From a virus: DNA of 64,000 bases. The number at the start of each line of letters is the position of its first letter. Position 1 is the first letter of the stretch. Positions 48,205 through 57,500 of this stretch are shown in pieces. Where the stretch lies: UHGV virus genome UHGV-1367859; one strand, written 5' to 3'. The translations under genes were made by a program, and so were the position numbers. The notes below the pieces were generated by a model. It worked only from the letters and a program-made list of their open reading frames with translations, did not search any database and was not told the DNA's origin.

Positions 48205-48279
48205 TGGATGTATCCCCTGTGTCTTATACACACTAGAAAGGGTAGTTGGTCACACGCAGGTTCAAGCCCTGCCATCCAT
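48205..48279 (+). ncRNA. atypical tRNA-like gene: perfect acceptor (ATGGATG/CATCCAT) and T-arm (GCAGG-TTCAAGC-CCTGC), hairpin TGTGT-CTTATAC-ACACA (UAU), no recognisable D-arm
   Basis: Manual folding. Could be tRNA-Ile(UAU)-like with a noncanonical core, or a degenerate copy. Confidence 0.3.
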
Positions 48280-48338
48280 ACAATACTCATGAGTGGCATA
48301 GTAGTCCCTGGGGTGGTTTCAAACTGCTATGTCTGTAT

Positions 48339-48410
48339 CTCTAGGATTCCGAATGGTTAGGAGCTGGTCTGCAAAACCAGTATTTGTGGGTTCAATTCCC
48401 ACCCTAGAGT
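48339..48410 (+). tRNA. tRNA-Cys(GCA)
   Basis: Acceptor CTCTAGG/CCTAGAG, anticodon arm CTGGT-CTGCAAA-ACCAG, T-arm GTGGG-TTCAATT-CCCAC. Confidence 0.7.
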
Positions 48411-48522
48411 CCTTGGAGGAGCAGGTAGTCTATCCATGGAAAAACCTCCGTAAAAACAGCTACAATTGACTACTAAGGAGAAGGAAGGGATAAATAACTC
48501 CTTAACAAATACCCTTCTACCA

Positions 48523-48594
48523 CTTCCTATAGCTCAATGGTAGAGCTACTGACTCTTAATCAGAAGGTTCAAGGTTCAAATCCTTGTAGGAAGA
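48523..48594 (+). tRNA. tRNA-Lys(CUU)
   Basis: Acceptor CTTCCTA/TAGGAAG, D-arm GCTC-AATGGTA-GAGC, anticodon loop CTCTTAA, T-arm CAAGG-TTCAAAT-CCTTG. Confidence 0.7.
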
Positions 48595-48776
48595 CATAAC
48601 ATTTTAATTAAATAACAGTGTTATGAGAGTACTTAGATTTATTAAGAAAGCAGTCAAAGCTTATTTTAGAATGACTGCTGAGAACTATTCTATAAGGTGT
48701 ACAGGTGATGTATTTATACCTGTCCCTTAAGGATAGTTCCTCCTTCCTCTCTGACAAGTTATTTGATAATAAATAT

Positions 48777-48857
48777 GGGAGTATCGCGTAGTGGCAATCG
48801 CAGTTGACTGTAAATCAACCCTCTAAGAGTTCATAGGTTCGAGTCCTTTTGCTCCCA
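48777..48857 (+). tRNA. tRNA-Tyr(GUA), long variable arm
   Basis: Acceptor GGGAGTA/TGCTCCC, anticodon arm GTTGA-CTGTAAA-TCAAC, T-loop TTCGAGT. Confidence 0.65.
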
Positions 48858-48922
48858 CTTCAATAGAACTTTGGCTTTTATCTATAAGCCTGACAGGGGT
48901 AGAGACCTGAATAGATAATATT

Positions 48923-48995
48923 GGAACTTTGGTGTAGATGGTTTGTCACATCAGATTGAAGCTCTGAGGGCTGGGGTTCGACTCCCTGAGGTTCC
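48923..48995 (+). tRNA. tRNA-Phe(GAA)
   Basis: Acceptor GGAACTT/AGGTTCC, anticodon arm TCAGA-TTGAAGC-TCTGA, T-loop TTCGACT. Confidence 0.7.
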
Positions 48996-49019
48996 ACTAC
49001 ATAGTAAAAAGAGAAAGAT

Positions 49020-49619
49020 ATGGTAATAAAAAGAGGGGATAAAGGTCCTAATGTAAAGCTCCTTCAGAGGAAGCTTAATCTGAAAGATGATGGAATATTT
49101 GGACCTCTCACAGAAGAAGCAGTCAAAGAATTTCAGAAGGCTAATGGTCTTGTTGTAGATGGCATAGTGGGAAATAACACATGGTCTAAGCTGAATGTAA
49201 CTCAGAACAAGAGGAATATAAAGGAAATTATAGTTCATTGTTCTGCTACTCCTGAAGGTGAGGACTTTACTACTGCGCAGATTAAGCAATGGCACCTTCA
49301 AAGAGGTTTCTCTGATATAGGTTATCATTATGTAATCTATAGAGATGGGTCAATACATGCTGGTAGACCAGAGGCTATATCTGGAGCACACTGTACTGGG
49401 CACAATACAATGTCTATTGGAGTATGCTATATCGGAGGATGTGCCAAGGATGGAAAAACTCCAAAAGATACTAGAACTGAAGCTCAAAAAGCTGCTCTAG
49501 TACAGCTTCTTAAACAGCTTAAAGCAAAGTACCCTAATGCTACAATACATGGCCATAGGGAGTTTGCAAATAAAGCATGTCCAAGTTTTGATGCTAAAGC
49601 AGAATATACTTCTCTCTAA
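49020..49619 (+). CDS. N-acetylmuramoyl-L-alanine amidase (Amidase_2/PGRP) with N-terminal peptidoglycan-binding domain; endolysin
   Basis: PG_binding_1-like GDKGPNVKLLQRKLNLKDDGIFGPLTEEAV...NNTWSKL. Amidase_2 core HCSATPEG...GYHYVIYRDG...HGHREF...ACPSFD. Confidence 0.8.
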   Translation: MVIKRGDKGPNVKLLQRKLNLKDDGIFGPLTEEAVKEFQKANGLVVDGIVGNNTWSKLNVTQNKRNIKEIIVHCSATPEGEDFTTAQIKQWHLQRGFSDIGYHYVIYRDGSIHAGRPEAISGAHCTGHNTMSIGVCYIGGCAKDGKTPKDTRTEAQKAALVQLLKQLKAKYPNATIHGHREFANKACPSFDAKAEYTSL

Positions 49620-49634
49620 AAAGAGAGACAATAA

Positions 49635-49716
49635 GCCTCTGTGGTGAAATGGTAAACACAAGGGACTTAAAATCCCTCGGATTTAATCCTTGAGGGTTCA
49701 AATCCCTCCAGAGGTA
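49635..49716 (+). tRNA. tRNA-Leu(UAA), class II
   Basis: Acceptor GCCTCTG/CAGAGGT, anticodon arm AGGGA-CTTAAAA-TCCCT, T-arm GAGGG-TTCAAAT-CCCTC. Confidence 0.7.
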
Positions 49717-49720
49717 CAAT

Positions 49721-49807
49721 GCCCCCTTGGTGGAATGGTAGACACGCTGGTCTTAGGAACCAGTATGAAGTAATAGTAGTGTGAGGGTTCGAGTCTCTCA
49801 GGGGGTA
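49721..49807 (+). tRNA. tRNA-Leu(UAG), class II
   Basis: Acceptor GCCCCCT/AGGGGGT, anticodon arm CTGGT-CTTAGGA-ACCAG, T-arm GAGGG-TTCGAGT-CTCTC. Confidence 0.7.
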
Positions 49808-50253
49808 CTGAAATAAGAAATTAAGTATTTATATAACATTGAGTTTTACTGTAAATATTCAGGTGGCGTAATTCATGTTATCATAACCCCTTTACTATTT
49901 GTAAAAGTATGAAATACACAGTTTAGTATAATAAACAGAAATATCAAGTAGACATATCTGATAATAATATAGCTATTTATGATTCCTATAAAATCACTTC
50001 ATTATCTGATATGAGTAGTTTCTCATTCATTTAAAAGCTAGATTTTACCCATACAGTTCTATTAATAACAGAACTATGTTTAGCTTACTTAATGAATGGA
50101 GAACTCACAATTTATTATATTCTCTTGGTGTTCAAAAAGAAAGAACTGCTAGTGTAGACCTGGAGTCTAATCAATCTTGGTATATGACCGTAGCTTATGC
50201 TATATTATCTCCATTTTATTTACACTTTTATTAAAAATTTATTATCAATTTAT

Positions 50254-50284
50254 TTGGTAATTTAAATTATTTTTCATACCTTTG
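50254..50284 (+). promoter_or_regulatory. Bacteroidetes-type promoter (TTG-N20-TACCTTTG) dedicated to the suppressor tRNA
   Basis: TTG 50254-56, TACCTTTG 50277..50284. tRNA starts 18 nt downstream. Confidence 0.5.
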
Positions 50285-50301
50285 CATTGTTAATAAAATA
50301 T

Positions 50302-50373
50302 TGCCTCATGGTGTAATGGTTAGCACAGAGGACTCTAAATCCTTTGGTCTCTGTTCGAGCCAGAGTGGGGCGA
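50302..50373 (+). tRNA. amber-suppressor tRNA(CUA) with glutamine-type identity (reads UAG)
   Basis: Acceptor TGCCTCA/TGGGGCG (U1), D-arm GTGT-AATGGTTA-GCAC nearly identical to tRNA-Gln(UUG) at 46222, anticodon arm GAGGA-CTCTAAA-TCCTT gives anticodon CUA, T-arm CTCTG-TTCGAGC-CAGAG. Confidence 0.7.
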
Positions 50374-50706
50374 CTAACTTTAATCACAATGAATAAGGAA
50401 GCTTTAAAATGGTTTATGTCCAATGTAATGCTCTAGCTAGAGCAGATTGACAAAGAGGTAAGTAACTCACTGTTGCAGGATGAACAGTTTGTTCTTGATT
50501 TTTATGATAAATTAAATGAAATAAGTGTTAGAAAATAAAAAAAATATAATTATGGAACAGGTAAAGATACCACACCCTATTGCTAGGATGGTGCTAACAC
50601 AGACTAAAATTATTCTTAATAGCCCCAACAACCAAGACAAAGAGTGGCTCAAAACTTTTAAAGAAGAACTTAATAAACTTATTAATCCTGAGTAATCTTT
50701 AGGAAA

Positions 50707-50779
50707 GCTTCCTTAGTTCAGCTGGTAGAACTACTGTTTTGTACTCAGTATGTCAGGGGTTCGAGTCCTCTAGGAAGCT
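50707..50779 (+). tRNA. tRNA-Thr(UGU)
   Basis: Acceptor GCTTCCT/AGGAAGC, D-arm GTTC-AGCTGGTA-GAAC, anticodon loop TTTGTAC, T-arm AGGGG-TTCGAGT-CCTCT. Confidence 0.65.
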
Positions 50780-50788
50780 CAAGTAAGT

Positions 50789-50859
50789 GCAGGATTAGTT
50801 TAATGGTAAAATGCCACTCTTCCAAAGTGGATTTGGGGGTTCGATTCTCCTATCCTGCT
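50789..50859 (+). tRNA. tRNA-Gly(UCC)
   Basis: Acceptor GCAGGAT/ATCCTGC (perfect), anticodon arm CCACT-CTTCCAA-AGTGG, T-arm GGGGG-TTCGATT-CTCCT. Confidence 0.7.
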
Positions 50860-50865
50860 CTATAT

Positions 50866-50938
50866 TGTGGGGTGTTAGCAGTGGTAGCTAGTCAGGCTCA
50901 TAACCTGAAGGTCGGAGGTTCGAGTCCTCCTCCCGCAA
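50866..50938 (+). tRNA. tRNA with CAU anticodon (Met / fMet / Ile-lysidine not distinguishable)
   Basis: D-arm TAGC-AGTGGTA-GCTA, anticodon arm TCAGG-CTCATAA-CCTGA, T-arm GGAGG-TTCGAGT-CCTCC. Confidence 0.65.
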
Positions 50939-50954
50939 CTAAATCGAAATATTA

Positions 50955-51116
50955 TGGGAGAAGATATGTATAAGAACGGAAAGATAATGAATGCTGTTGA
51001 AGCTCAGACTATCAGGGAGCTAGCAGATTTTGCCAATGATTATAAGATACCTAGGGAGGATGTGGTTTCAATCCTTCCTTCAAGAGAAGGATATGTAATG
51101 GTTTACTACTATTGAA
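50955..51116 (+). CDS. small hypothetical protein (~53 aa)
   Basis: Hand translation MGEDMYKNGKIMNAVEAQTIRELADFANDYKIPREDVVSILPSREGYVMVYYY. Below ORF-track cutoff. Confidence 0.3.
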
Positions 51117-51354
51117 CAACATGGAAGAGAACAAAGAGAATGTAAAGGAACTCACACTACTTAGGTTTGAGGCAGTGTCAAAGTTCAAATCTGTAAAGAG
51201 GGCTTGGAGAAGAGGTCATGTTTCAATTTATGGGTTCATTTACCCAAAGAGACCTTTCAATAACAGGACATCAAGAAAGAACAGCAGGCCCTTTAATGAA
51301 CTTAGAAAGGAGATATATGGGCAACTCAGAGATAAAGGCAGACTTGCAGTCTAA
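51112..51354 (+). CDS. small basic hypothetical protein
   Basis: ORF track. Overlaps the next ORF in another frame. Confidence 0.35.
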   Translation: MNNMEENKENVKELTLLRFEAVSKFKSVKRAWRRGHVSIYGFIYPKRPFNNRTSRKNSRPFNELRKEIYGQLRDKGRLAV

Positions 51355-51541
51355 ATATAATAATGAACCAGTATTCTATTGCAAACATTGCCTATCTCTT
51401 AAAATAAGAGATGCTGGTCTTCCTGACCTACTTTACTGTGATGACTGTGGCTCAGCTGATGTCCTTTCAACAAGTATAGAAGAATGGGAGAAGATGTACA
51501 AAGAGAAATATGGATTTAAGTTTTTAGATAAGGGTTTATAA
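51317..51541 (+). CDS. small zinc-ribbon protein (CKHC...CDDC)
   Basis: ORF track 51218..51541. Upstream part blocked by TAA at 51194. Probable start MGNSEIK. Confidence 0.4.
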   Translation: MGNSEIKADLQSKYNNEPVFYCKHCLSLKIRDAGLPDLLYCDDCGSADVLSTSIEEWEKMYKEKYGFKFLDKGL

Positions 51542-51553
51542 TACAAAATAAAA

Positions 51554-51853
51554 ATGGAAGAGAAGAATGAAAAAATGGCTGAACAGCCTACGAGATTTAC
51601 TTATGAACAACTTGAGCAGATTGCAAGTAATCTAAGCACTCAGGTACAACAGCTCGGAGCAAGGCTCCAGGAAGCTAATATGTTCAATATGTTCAAGAGA
51701 CTGGACTACTGCTTCAAGGTACTTGAAGTTGCTCCTACTCTGTCTGCTGCTATGTTTAGCCCTGATTTTGTAGAAAGATGTGCCAAGGAAATTGAGGAAC
51801 TTATGACTCCTCCTACTCCCACACCTACAGAGGAAGAACTTGAAAAGGAGTAA
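51554..51853 (+). CDS. hypothetical protein
   Basis: ORF track. Confidence 0.45.
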   Translation: MEEKNEKMAEQPTRFTYEQLEQIASNLSTQVQQLGARLQEANMFNMFKRLDYCFKVLEVAPTLSAAMFSPDFVERCAKEIEELMTPPTPTPTEEELEKE

Positions 51854-51858
51854 AAGCT

Positions 51859-52242
51859 ATGATGGGGAAAATGAACAATGTTATTAGAATCCCCACTTCA
51901 TTAAGCACAGGTTTCTTTAGATTTTGGTTTGAGTTCCTTAGACCTTTTCACAATCTTACTGACAGAGAGATGCAGGTAGCTTCCTCCTTACTTAAGAGGA
52001 GATATGAGCTTAGTAAAGTCATCCATGATGAAGACATCCTTGATAAGGTTGTGATGAGTGAAGATACAAAGAAAGTAGTGAGAGAGGGGTGTAACATCTC
52101 TCTCCCCCACTTTCAAGTAATAATGGGGAAACTCAGAAAGAACAAGGTCATCCTTGAGGGCAGAATCAATCCAAAGTTCATTCCAAACCTCACAGAAGAA
52201 CAAGGTTCTTTCAGGTTACTTCTTAATTTTGAACTCAGCTGA
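51859..52242 (+). CDS. hypothetical protein
   Basis: ORF track. Confidence 0.45.
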   Translation: MMGKMNNVIRIPTSLSTGFFRFWFEFLRPFHNLTDREMQVASSLLKRRYELSKVIHDEDILDKVVMSEDTKKVVREGCNISLPHFQVIMGKLRKNKVILEGRINPKFIPNLTEEQGSFRLLLNFELS

Positions 52243-52514
52243 TGAACTACAATGACCTTGTAACTCAATTATCTAAAGAACTTAACTTACCACCTAGAGT
52301 AGTGGATAAAGTATACAAGTCTTATTGGAAGTTTATAAGGGATTCTATTCAAGGACTACCTCTTAAAGAGGATATTTCTGAAGAGGAGTTTCAGAAACTA
52401 AGGACAAACTTCAATATACCCTCTCTTGGTAAGTTATCATGTACTTATGATAGAGTTAAAAGGGTAAAAGAAAGATATAAATACATAAGAAATTTAAGGG
52501 AGAAGAATGATTAA
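52242..52514 (+). CDS. hypothetical protein
   Basis: ORF track. Confidence 0.45.
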   Translation: MNYNDLVTQLSKELNLPPRVVDKVYKSYWKFIRDSIQGLPLKEDISEEEFQKLRTNFNIPSLGKLSCTYDRVKRVKERYKYIRNLREKND

Positions 52515-52929
52515 AGTAAAGAAAATAAAGCCAATGTTCACTGCTCTCATTACAACAATGGACTTGTATGAGACAGACTCTCTCACTTCTGGAGGTATCA
52601 TTGACTCTACAAAGCAGAAAGGTACTGTAAAGGAGTATCAGAAGGTAGTTGCAGTTGGTGACTCAGTCAGAGGTATCAAGGCAGGTGACTTGGTTTGCAT
52701 AGATGCTACAAGATTTGCCGTAAAGAAGCATAAAGATAACTCAATAAAGACTGACATTGAAGGAGGCAATCCAATCCTTGAATACAGGTTTGATATTGTA
52801 GAGATGGATGGTAAGAGTTACATGCTTCTTCAAGATAGAGATATTCAATTCATTATTGAAGAGTATGATGAGATTGAGGAACCTAAGAAATCCAATCTGG
52901 TAACAGCTCCTCCTGACATCATAATCTAA
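52507..52929 (+). CDS. GroES-like co-chaperonin fold protein (putative)
   Basis: IKPMFTALITTMDLYE...TSGGIIDSTK...QKVVAVGDSVRGIKAGDLVCI parallels GroES/T4 gp31 (mobile loop then VVAVGxG...GD.V). Confidence 0.4.
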   Translation: MIKVKKIKPMFTALITTMDLYETDSLTSGGIIDSTKQKGTVKEYQKVVAVGDSVRGIKAGDLVCIDATRFAVKKHKDNSIKTDIEGGNPILEYRFDIVEMDGKSYMLLQDRDIQFIIEEYDEIEEPKKSNLVTAPPDIII

Positions 52930-52979
52930 TAATCTAAGCCTGTATAGATTAAGTTCTGTACAGGCTATTTTTTTTTGAT

Positions 52980-53645
52980 ATGTACACAGTATATAAACAC
53001 ACCAATAAAGTTAATGGCAAGGTCTACATAGGTCAGACCTCTTTTAATGTGGGAAAGAGATGGAAAGAGGGGAGAGGATACAAAACAGGTATCTTTAAGA
53101 GAGCCATAGAAAAGTATGGGTGGGATAACTTTAAGCATGATATAATAAAAGAAGGACTAACTAAAGAGGAAGCTAATCTGTTAGAGATAACCTTAATTAA
53201 AGAATATAAGGAGCTAGGCATATCTTATAATATAACTGATGGCGGGGAAGGGTCTCTTGGATATAGGCATTCTGAAGAGACTAGAAGAAAAATGAGTGTT
53301 AAAGGCAAAGGTAAAAAGATACCTGAGCATGTTAAGCTCTTAGTAAGTTCCAGATTCAAAGGTGTTCCTCTCACAATAGAGCATAAATTAAAGATAAGTT
53401 TATCCTTACAAGGAAAGCCTAAGTCTGAAGAGGCTAAGCTTAAGATGAGACTTAATCACAGTTATCATGACTTAATTGAAATAGTTAAATGTGATAAAGA
53501 AGGAAATATAATTTGTACATACCCATCAATAGCTGATGCAGCTAGAGATACTGGAGTTTTGGAGACTCACATATCAAGATGTGCTAGAGGTAAAAGACCA
53601 TCAGCTGGAGGTTATAAATGGAAATATAAAAATGAAACTACTTAA
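52980..53645 (+). CDS. GIY-YIG homing endonuclease with NUMOD-type DNA-binding repeats
   Basis: VYKHTNKVNGKVYIGQT (GIY...YIG), conserved R/E/N region. Repeated HSEETRRKMS / TIEHKLKIS / SEEAKLKM modules. Confidence 0.75.
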   Translation: MYTVYKHTNKVNGKVYIGQTSFNVGKRWKEGRGYKTGIFKRAIEKYGWDNFKHDIIKEGLTKEEANLLEITLIKEYKELGISYNITDGGEGSLGYRHSEETRRKMSVKGKGKKIPEHVKLLVSSRFKGVPLTIEHKLKISLSLQGKPKSEEAKLKMRLNHSYHDLIEIVKCDKEGNIICTYPSIADAARDTGVLETHISRCARGKRPSAGGYKWKYKNETT

Positions 53646-54174
53646 ATTTGAAGGTTATAAGGTAATCATATCTCCTGAAGCTTTAGCATTAACTCCTTTT
53701 AAGAAGATATGGAACAGGGACAGGTCTGCAAACAAAAATAGAGCAATAGCCGAGATTTCCTACATATATTTTATGGCTGACCCAAGAAGTGACTATCAGT
53801 ACATTATAGATGAGGAAAGTAGGAAGGCTTCTATTAAGGAAGGTGAAGGCTTACCTAATGACTGGGAGCCTGATAACCTTGTACTTGAGGCAATGGAGTT
53901 CTATAAGACTTTCAAGCCAGCATCTGCATTACTTCTTGAAGATACCAGAGTGGCAGTTGATAAGCTGAGGACTCTATTGAGGGAAATAGACCTTGGTGCC
54001 CTTGATGATAAGGGTAAACCTATCTATACTCTCAATACTATCACTGCAACTATCAAGCAGATTCCTACTCTTGTGAAAGATTTGAATGAAGCTGAAGCAG
54101 CTATTGCCAAGGAAATTGCTCAGAGCAATAAGGTAAGAGGTGCTCAGGAAAAAGCAATGTATGAAGATTTGTAA
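53628..54174 (+). CDS. hypothetical protein (candidate small terminase by position only)
   Basis: ORF track 53536..54174 trimmed to first Met after the GIY-YIG stop (MKLLKFEGYKV...). Two genes upstream of TerL. Confidence 0.3.
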
Positions 54175-54583
54175 TATGACACTTGAAGATGTAATTGAAT
54201 CACTTAATGTGCATATACTGAATAAAAGAAGAGACTTGCACATCTTGTCAAACAGCCAGGAACACCTTGTTCTACAGAGAGTTATAGAACCTCATCCTAC
54301 ATTTAAGTCATATAAGAGGTATGAGTTTATATTATGGGTGGTTGGTAATGATTCAAAGTATAGATTACTTACTTTGACTAAGCAGGTTAATATGAGTGAT
54401 ATTCCTTCATATGCACAAGAGAGCTTTATTAAAGCTACAGAATCTGAATTTGTTACTGGGCTATTCGGCCTTATTCTAGATGGCAAGTCTTTTAATAAAA
54501 AAGACAGAACAATACTTGAAGATATTATCTATGGAGAATACCTCGGCTATGGAGATGAATGTGTACTAGACCCCCTTGACTGA
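54140..54583 (+). CDS. hypothetical protein
   Basis: ORF track. Confidence 0.4.
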   Translation: MLRKKQCMKICNMTLEDVIESLNVHILNKRRDLHILSNSQEHLVLQRVIEPHPTFKSYKRYEFILWVVGNDSKYRLLTLTKQVNMSDIPSYAQESFIKATESEFVTGLFGLILDGKSFNKKDRTILEDIIYGEYLGYGDECVLDPLD

Positions 54584-57500
54584 AGAACTCCTTGGGTCTT
54601 TACCTGAGGAAGTCAAGGAGGAGTTATTGGACACTATAAATAGTGTAGAACTTATAAAAAGACTTATCTCTCCTAATAGGGTATATGCTAAGGATAGACC
54701 AAGAGATGAGCAAGGAAGGATTATAGTAGACCTTGCCAATCCTCATATACTTGAGGATATGGATTATTTCAGACAACCAGCCTTACACTTTATGAAGCAT
54801 GGCTGCTATACTTTTCTAAGACCAAATTCTAATCCTAACAGTGAATACAGAAAGCACTGGGATGAGGAGATGAGGAGATGTAGAGAGGGTTATGTAAGGG
54901 AGAGTGATGGAGAATGGGTCACAGGATTCCTTTATTGGTTTCTTAATTACTGTCCCATGATGGTAAATAAGGTAATTTCTGGCACAAGGAAAGCTGTCAG
55001 AGTTGAGTCTTTCCCCTTCTTCTTTGAAGGAATCTATTGGAGATTTCACTATCTTCATCAAGCAAGAGAGGCTGGTAAACATGCCATAGAACTTGCAAAG
55101 AGAGGTTGTGCAAAGTCATATAGTCTTGCAAGTATAATGTCTCACAACCTTATACTTGGTGAATCTACTGAAGTAAAGAGGAGGGTTATTACTGTACTTA
55201 CTGCTTATCAGAAAGAGTATCTTAGTGACAGTAAGGATGGCACACTCTCTAAGTTCAAACCTGGAATTAACTTCTCCTTCAAAAATACTCCATTCCCTAG
55301 GCTCATGTTAAAGAACTCTCCTAATGAGATGGCATGGCAGATGGGCTACAAGGATGAGTTTGGTATTGAAAGTGGGTCATTGAATCAGGTGCTTGCTGTT
55401 TCTGCAAAGGATGACTCAGAGAAGTTAAGAGGTAAGAGAGGTTGGATTCTATTCGAGGAGATGGGTTCTTTTAAGGGACTTCTATCCCTGTATGACATCA
55501 CAAGAAAATCTGTAGAAGATGGTGACTATACATTTGCTACAATGTACCTTGTAGGTTGTGTATGTGCTGGTACTAAGGTATGGACATTAGATGGCAGGAA
55601 TATCAATATAGAGGATTTAAAGAGAGAGGATGGTATCATAGGATTTACAGACTCCTTTGAGTCAGGTACTGAACCTAATATTCGCCTCACAAGAGGGATT
55701 ACCAAAGAACCTATAATGAGTTCTATAAGTATTGCTAAAAAACCATGTGTACTTATTAAACTGAGTAATGGAAATGAACTTAGATGCTCTACAGACCATC
55801 CAATTCTTACTCAGAAACAAAGAATGAATCATAATGGGTCTATAAGGTATTATGAAGAAGTATTCAAAAATGCTGGAGCTTTAAGTGTAGGAGATAGAAT
55901 TATAGAGAGTAGGGAAGTTCCAATATTTGGGACAGATACCATGTTTGACCCTAGATTAGTAGGTATGCTTATTGGAGATGGTTCTTATGGATTAAGGCAA
56001 TCCCCCAAGTATAGTTCTGAGGATAAAGAGCTTTTAGACTATGTAAAGCATAGATATGAATGGTCATTATCTGCTACTCATATTACCAAGAAAGGAAAAA
56101 TATACGAGGATATAAGAATTAAAGGTATTTGTAATAAATTAAGAGAATTAGGTATTTAGGGGCAAGTAAAATCCAATAAAAGGCTTCCTATCAACTATTA
56201 GACTCTTACAAGAGATGATACCTCACTATTGCTATCTGGATTATATGATACTGATGGTAGTATAAGCTTTAATAGAGACGGATATATATCTTTAACTCAA
56301 AGCAATAGGAAAATATTAGAGCAAGTTAAAGTACTGTGGAGAAAATTTGGAGTAGTTGGCACTATTGTGGAGACCAAGCCAAAACTATGTTCTGATAGGA
56401 AAGATAGAAATTCTTGGTTTACTCTATCTATATCAGGGAGACATAATTGTACAAGAGTGTGTGGTGTGCTTCAACTTCTTGTTCCACACAAGAGAGATTG
56501 CCTTAAAAGGATAATGGACTATTATAATAGCAATCCGAGTATGAAGGCTCAAAAATATCCAGAGGATATAATAGTTCACAAAGTTACTTCTGTAGAAGAG
56601 ATAGGTGAACAAGAAGTATATAATTTAACTGCTGGATTAAGTCATACCTACTTGGCTAACAATATAGTAACTCATAATACTGCTGCTGAGGATGAGTCAG
56701 ACTTCAGTTCGGCAAAAACTCTTCTTTACAATCCAGATGGTTACAATATTCTGGCTATTGAGAATGTCTATGACAGACCTAAGCAAGGAAAGCCTACCTT
56801 TGGATTTTTCTTTCCTTCTTATGTAAATAGGGCAGGATGTTACAACAAGGATGGTGTTTCTGATGTAACAAAGGCTCTCATAGAAATTCTGTTGGCAAGA
56901 CACAAAGCTAAATATTCTGCTGACCCTAAGTCAGTATTAAGAGTTATTGCCGAGGACCCAATTACACCAGCTGAAGCTATCATTAAAGTGAAGGCTGCCT
57001 ACTTTCCTACAGTAGCTCTTACTGAGAGATTGGCTCAACTTGACTCAGACCCTCATGCTTTTGATGATGTTTACATAGGTAATCTTGCCCTAGCAAGTGG
57101 TAATAAGGTAGAGTTTAGAATAGGTAATGATGTGCCTATCAGAAAGTATGGAGTTGACAATTCAACAGTAGGTGCTATTGAGATATTTGAAATGCCTGAG
57201 AAACAAGCAAATGGGGATGATTTCAATATGAGATATATTATAGGCCATGACCCTGTGGATAATGATTAGGCAGAGTCTTCTTCTCTTTCTTCAACCTTTG
57301 TACTTGACCTGTTTACTGACAGAATTGTAGCAGAATACACTGGTAGGCAGGCATTTGCAGATGATAACTTTGAGATAGTAAGAATGCTGTGTCTATTCTA
57401 TAATGCCAAGTGCATGTACGAGGCTCATCCATATAGTCAGTCTGTACCAACACCAAATGGTATGAAACTGTGGAAGGATGTTAAAATAGGGGATAAACTG

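Noticed and set aside
48951-49328. Minus-strand ORF of 125 aa
   Set aside because: Overlaps tRNA-Phe and is antisense to the well-supported Amidase_2 endolysin. Translation is low complexity.
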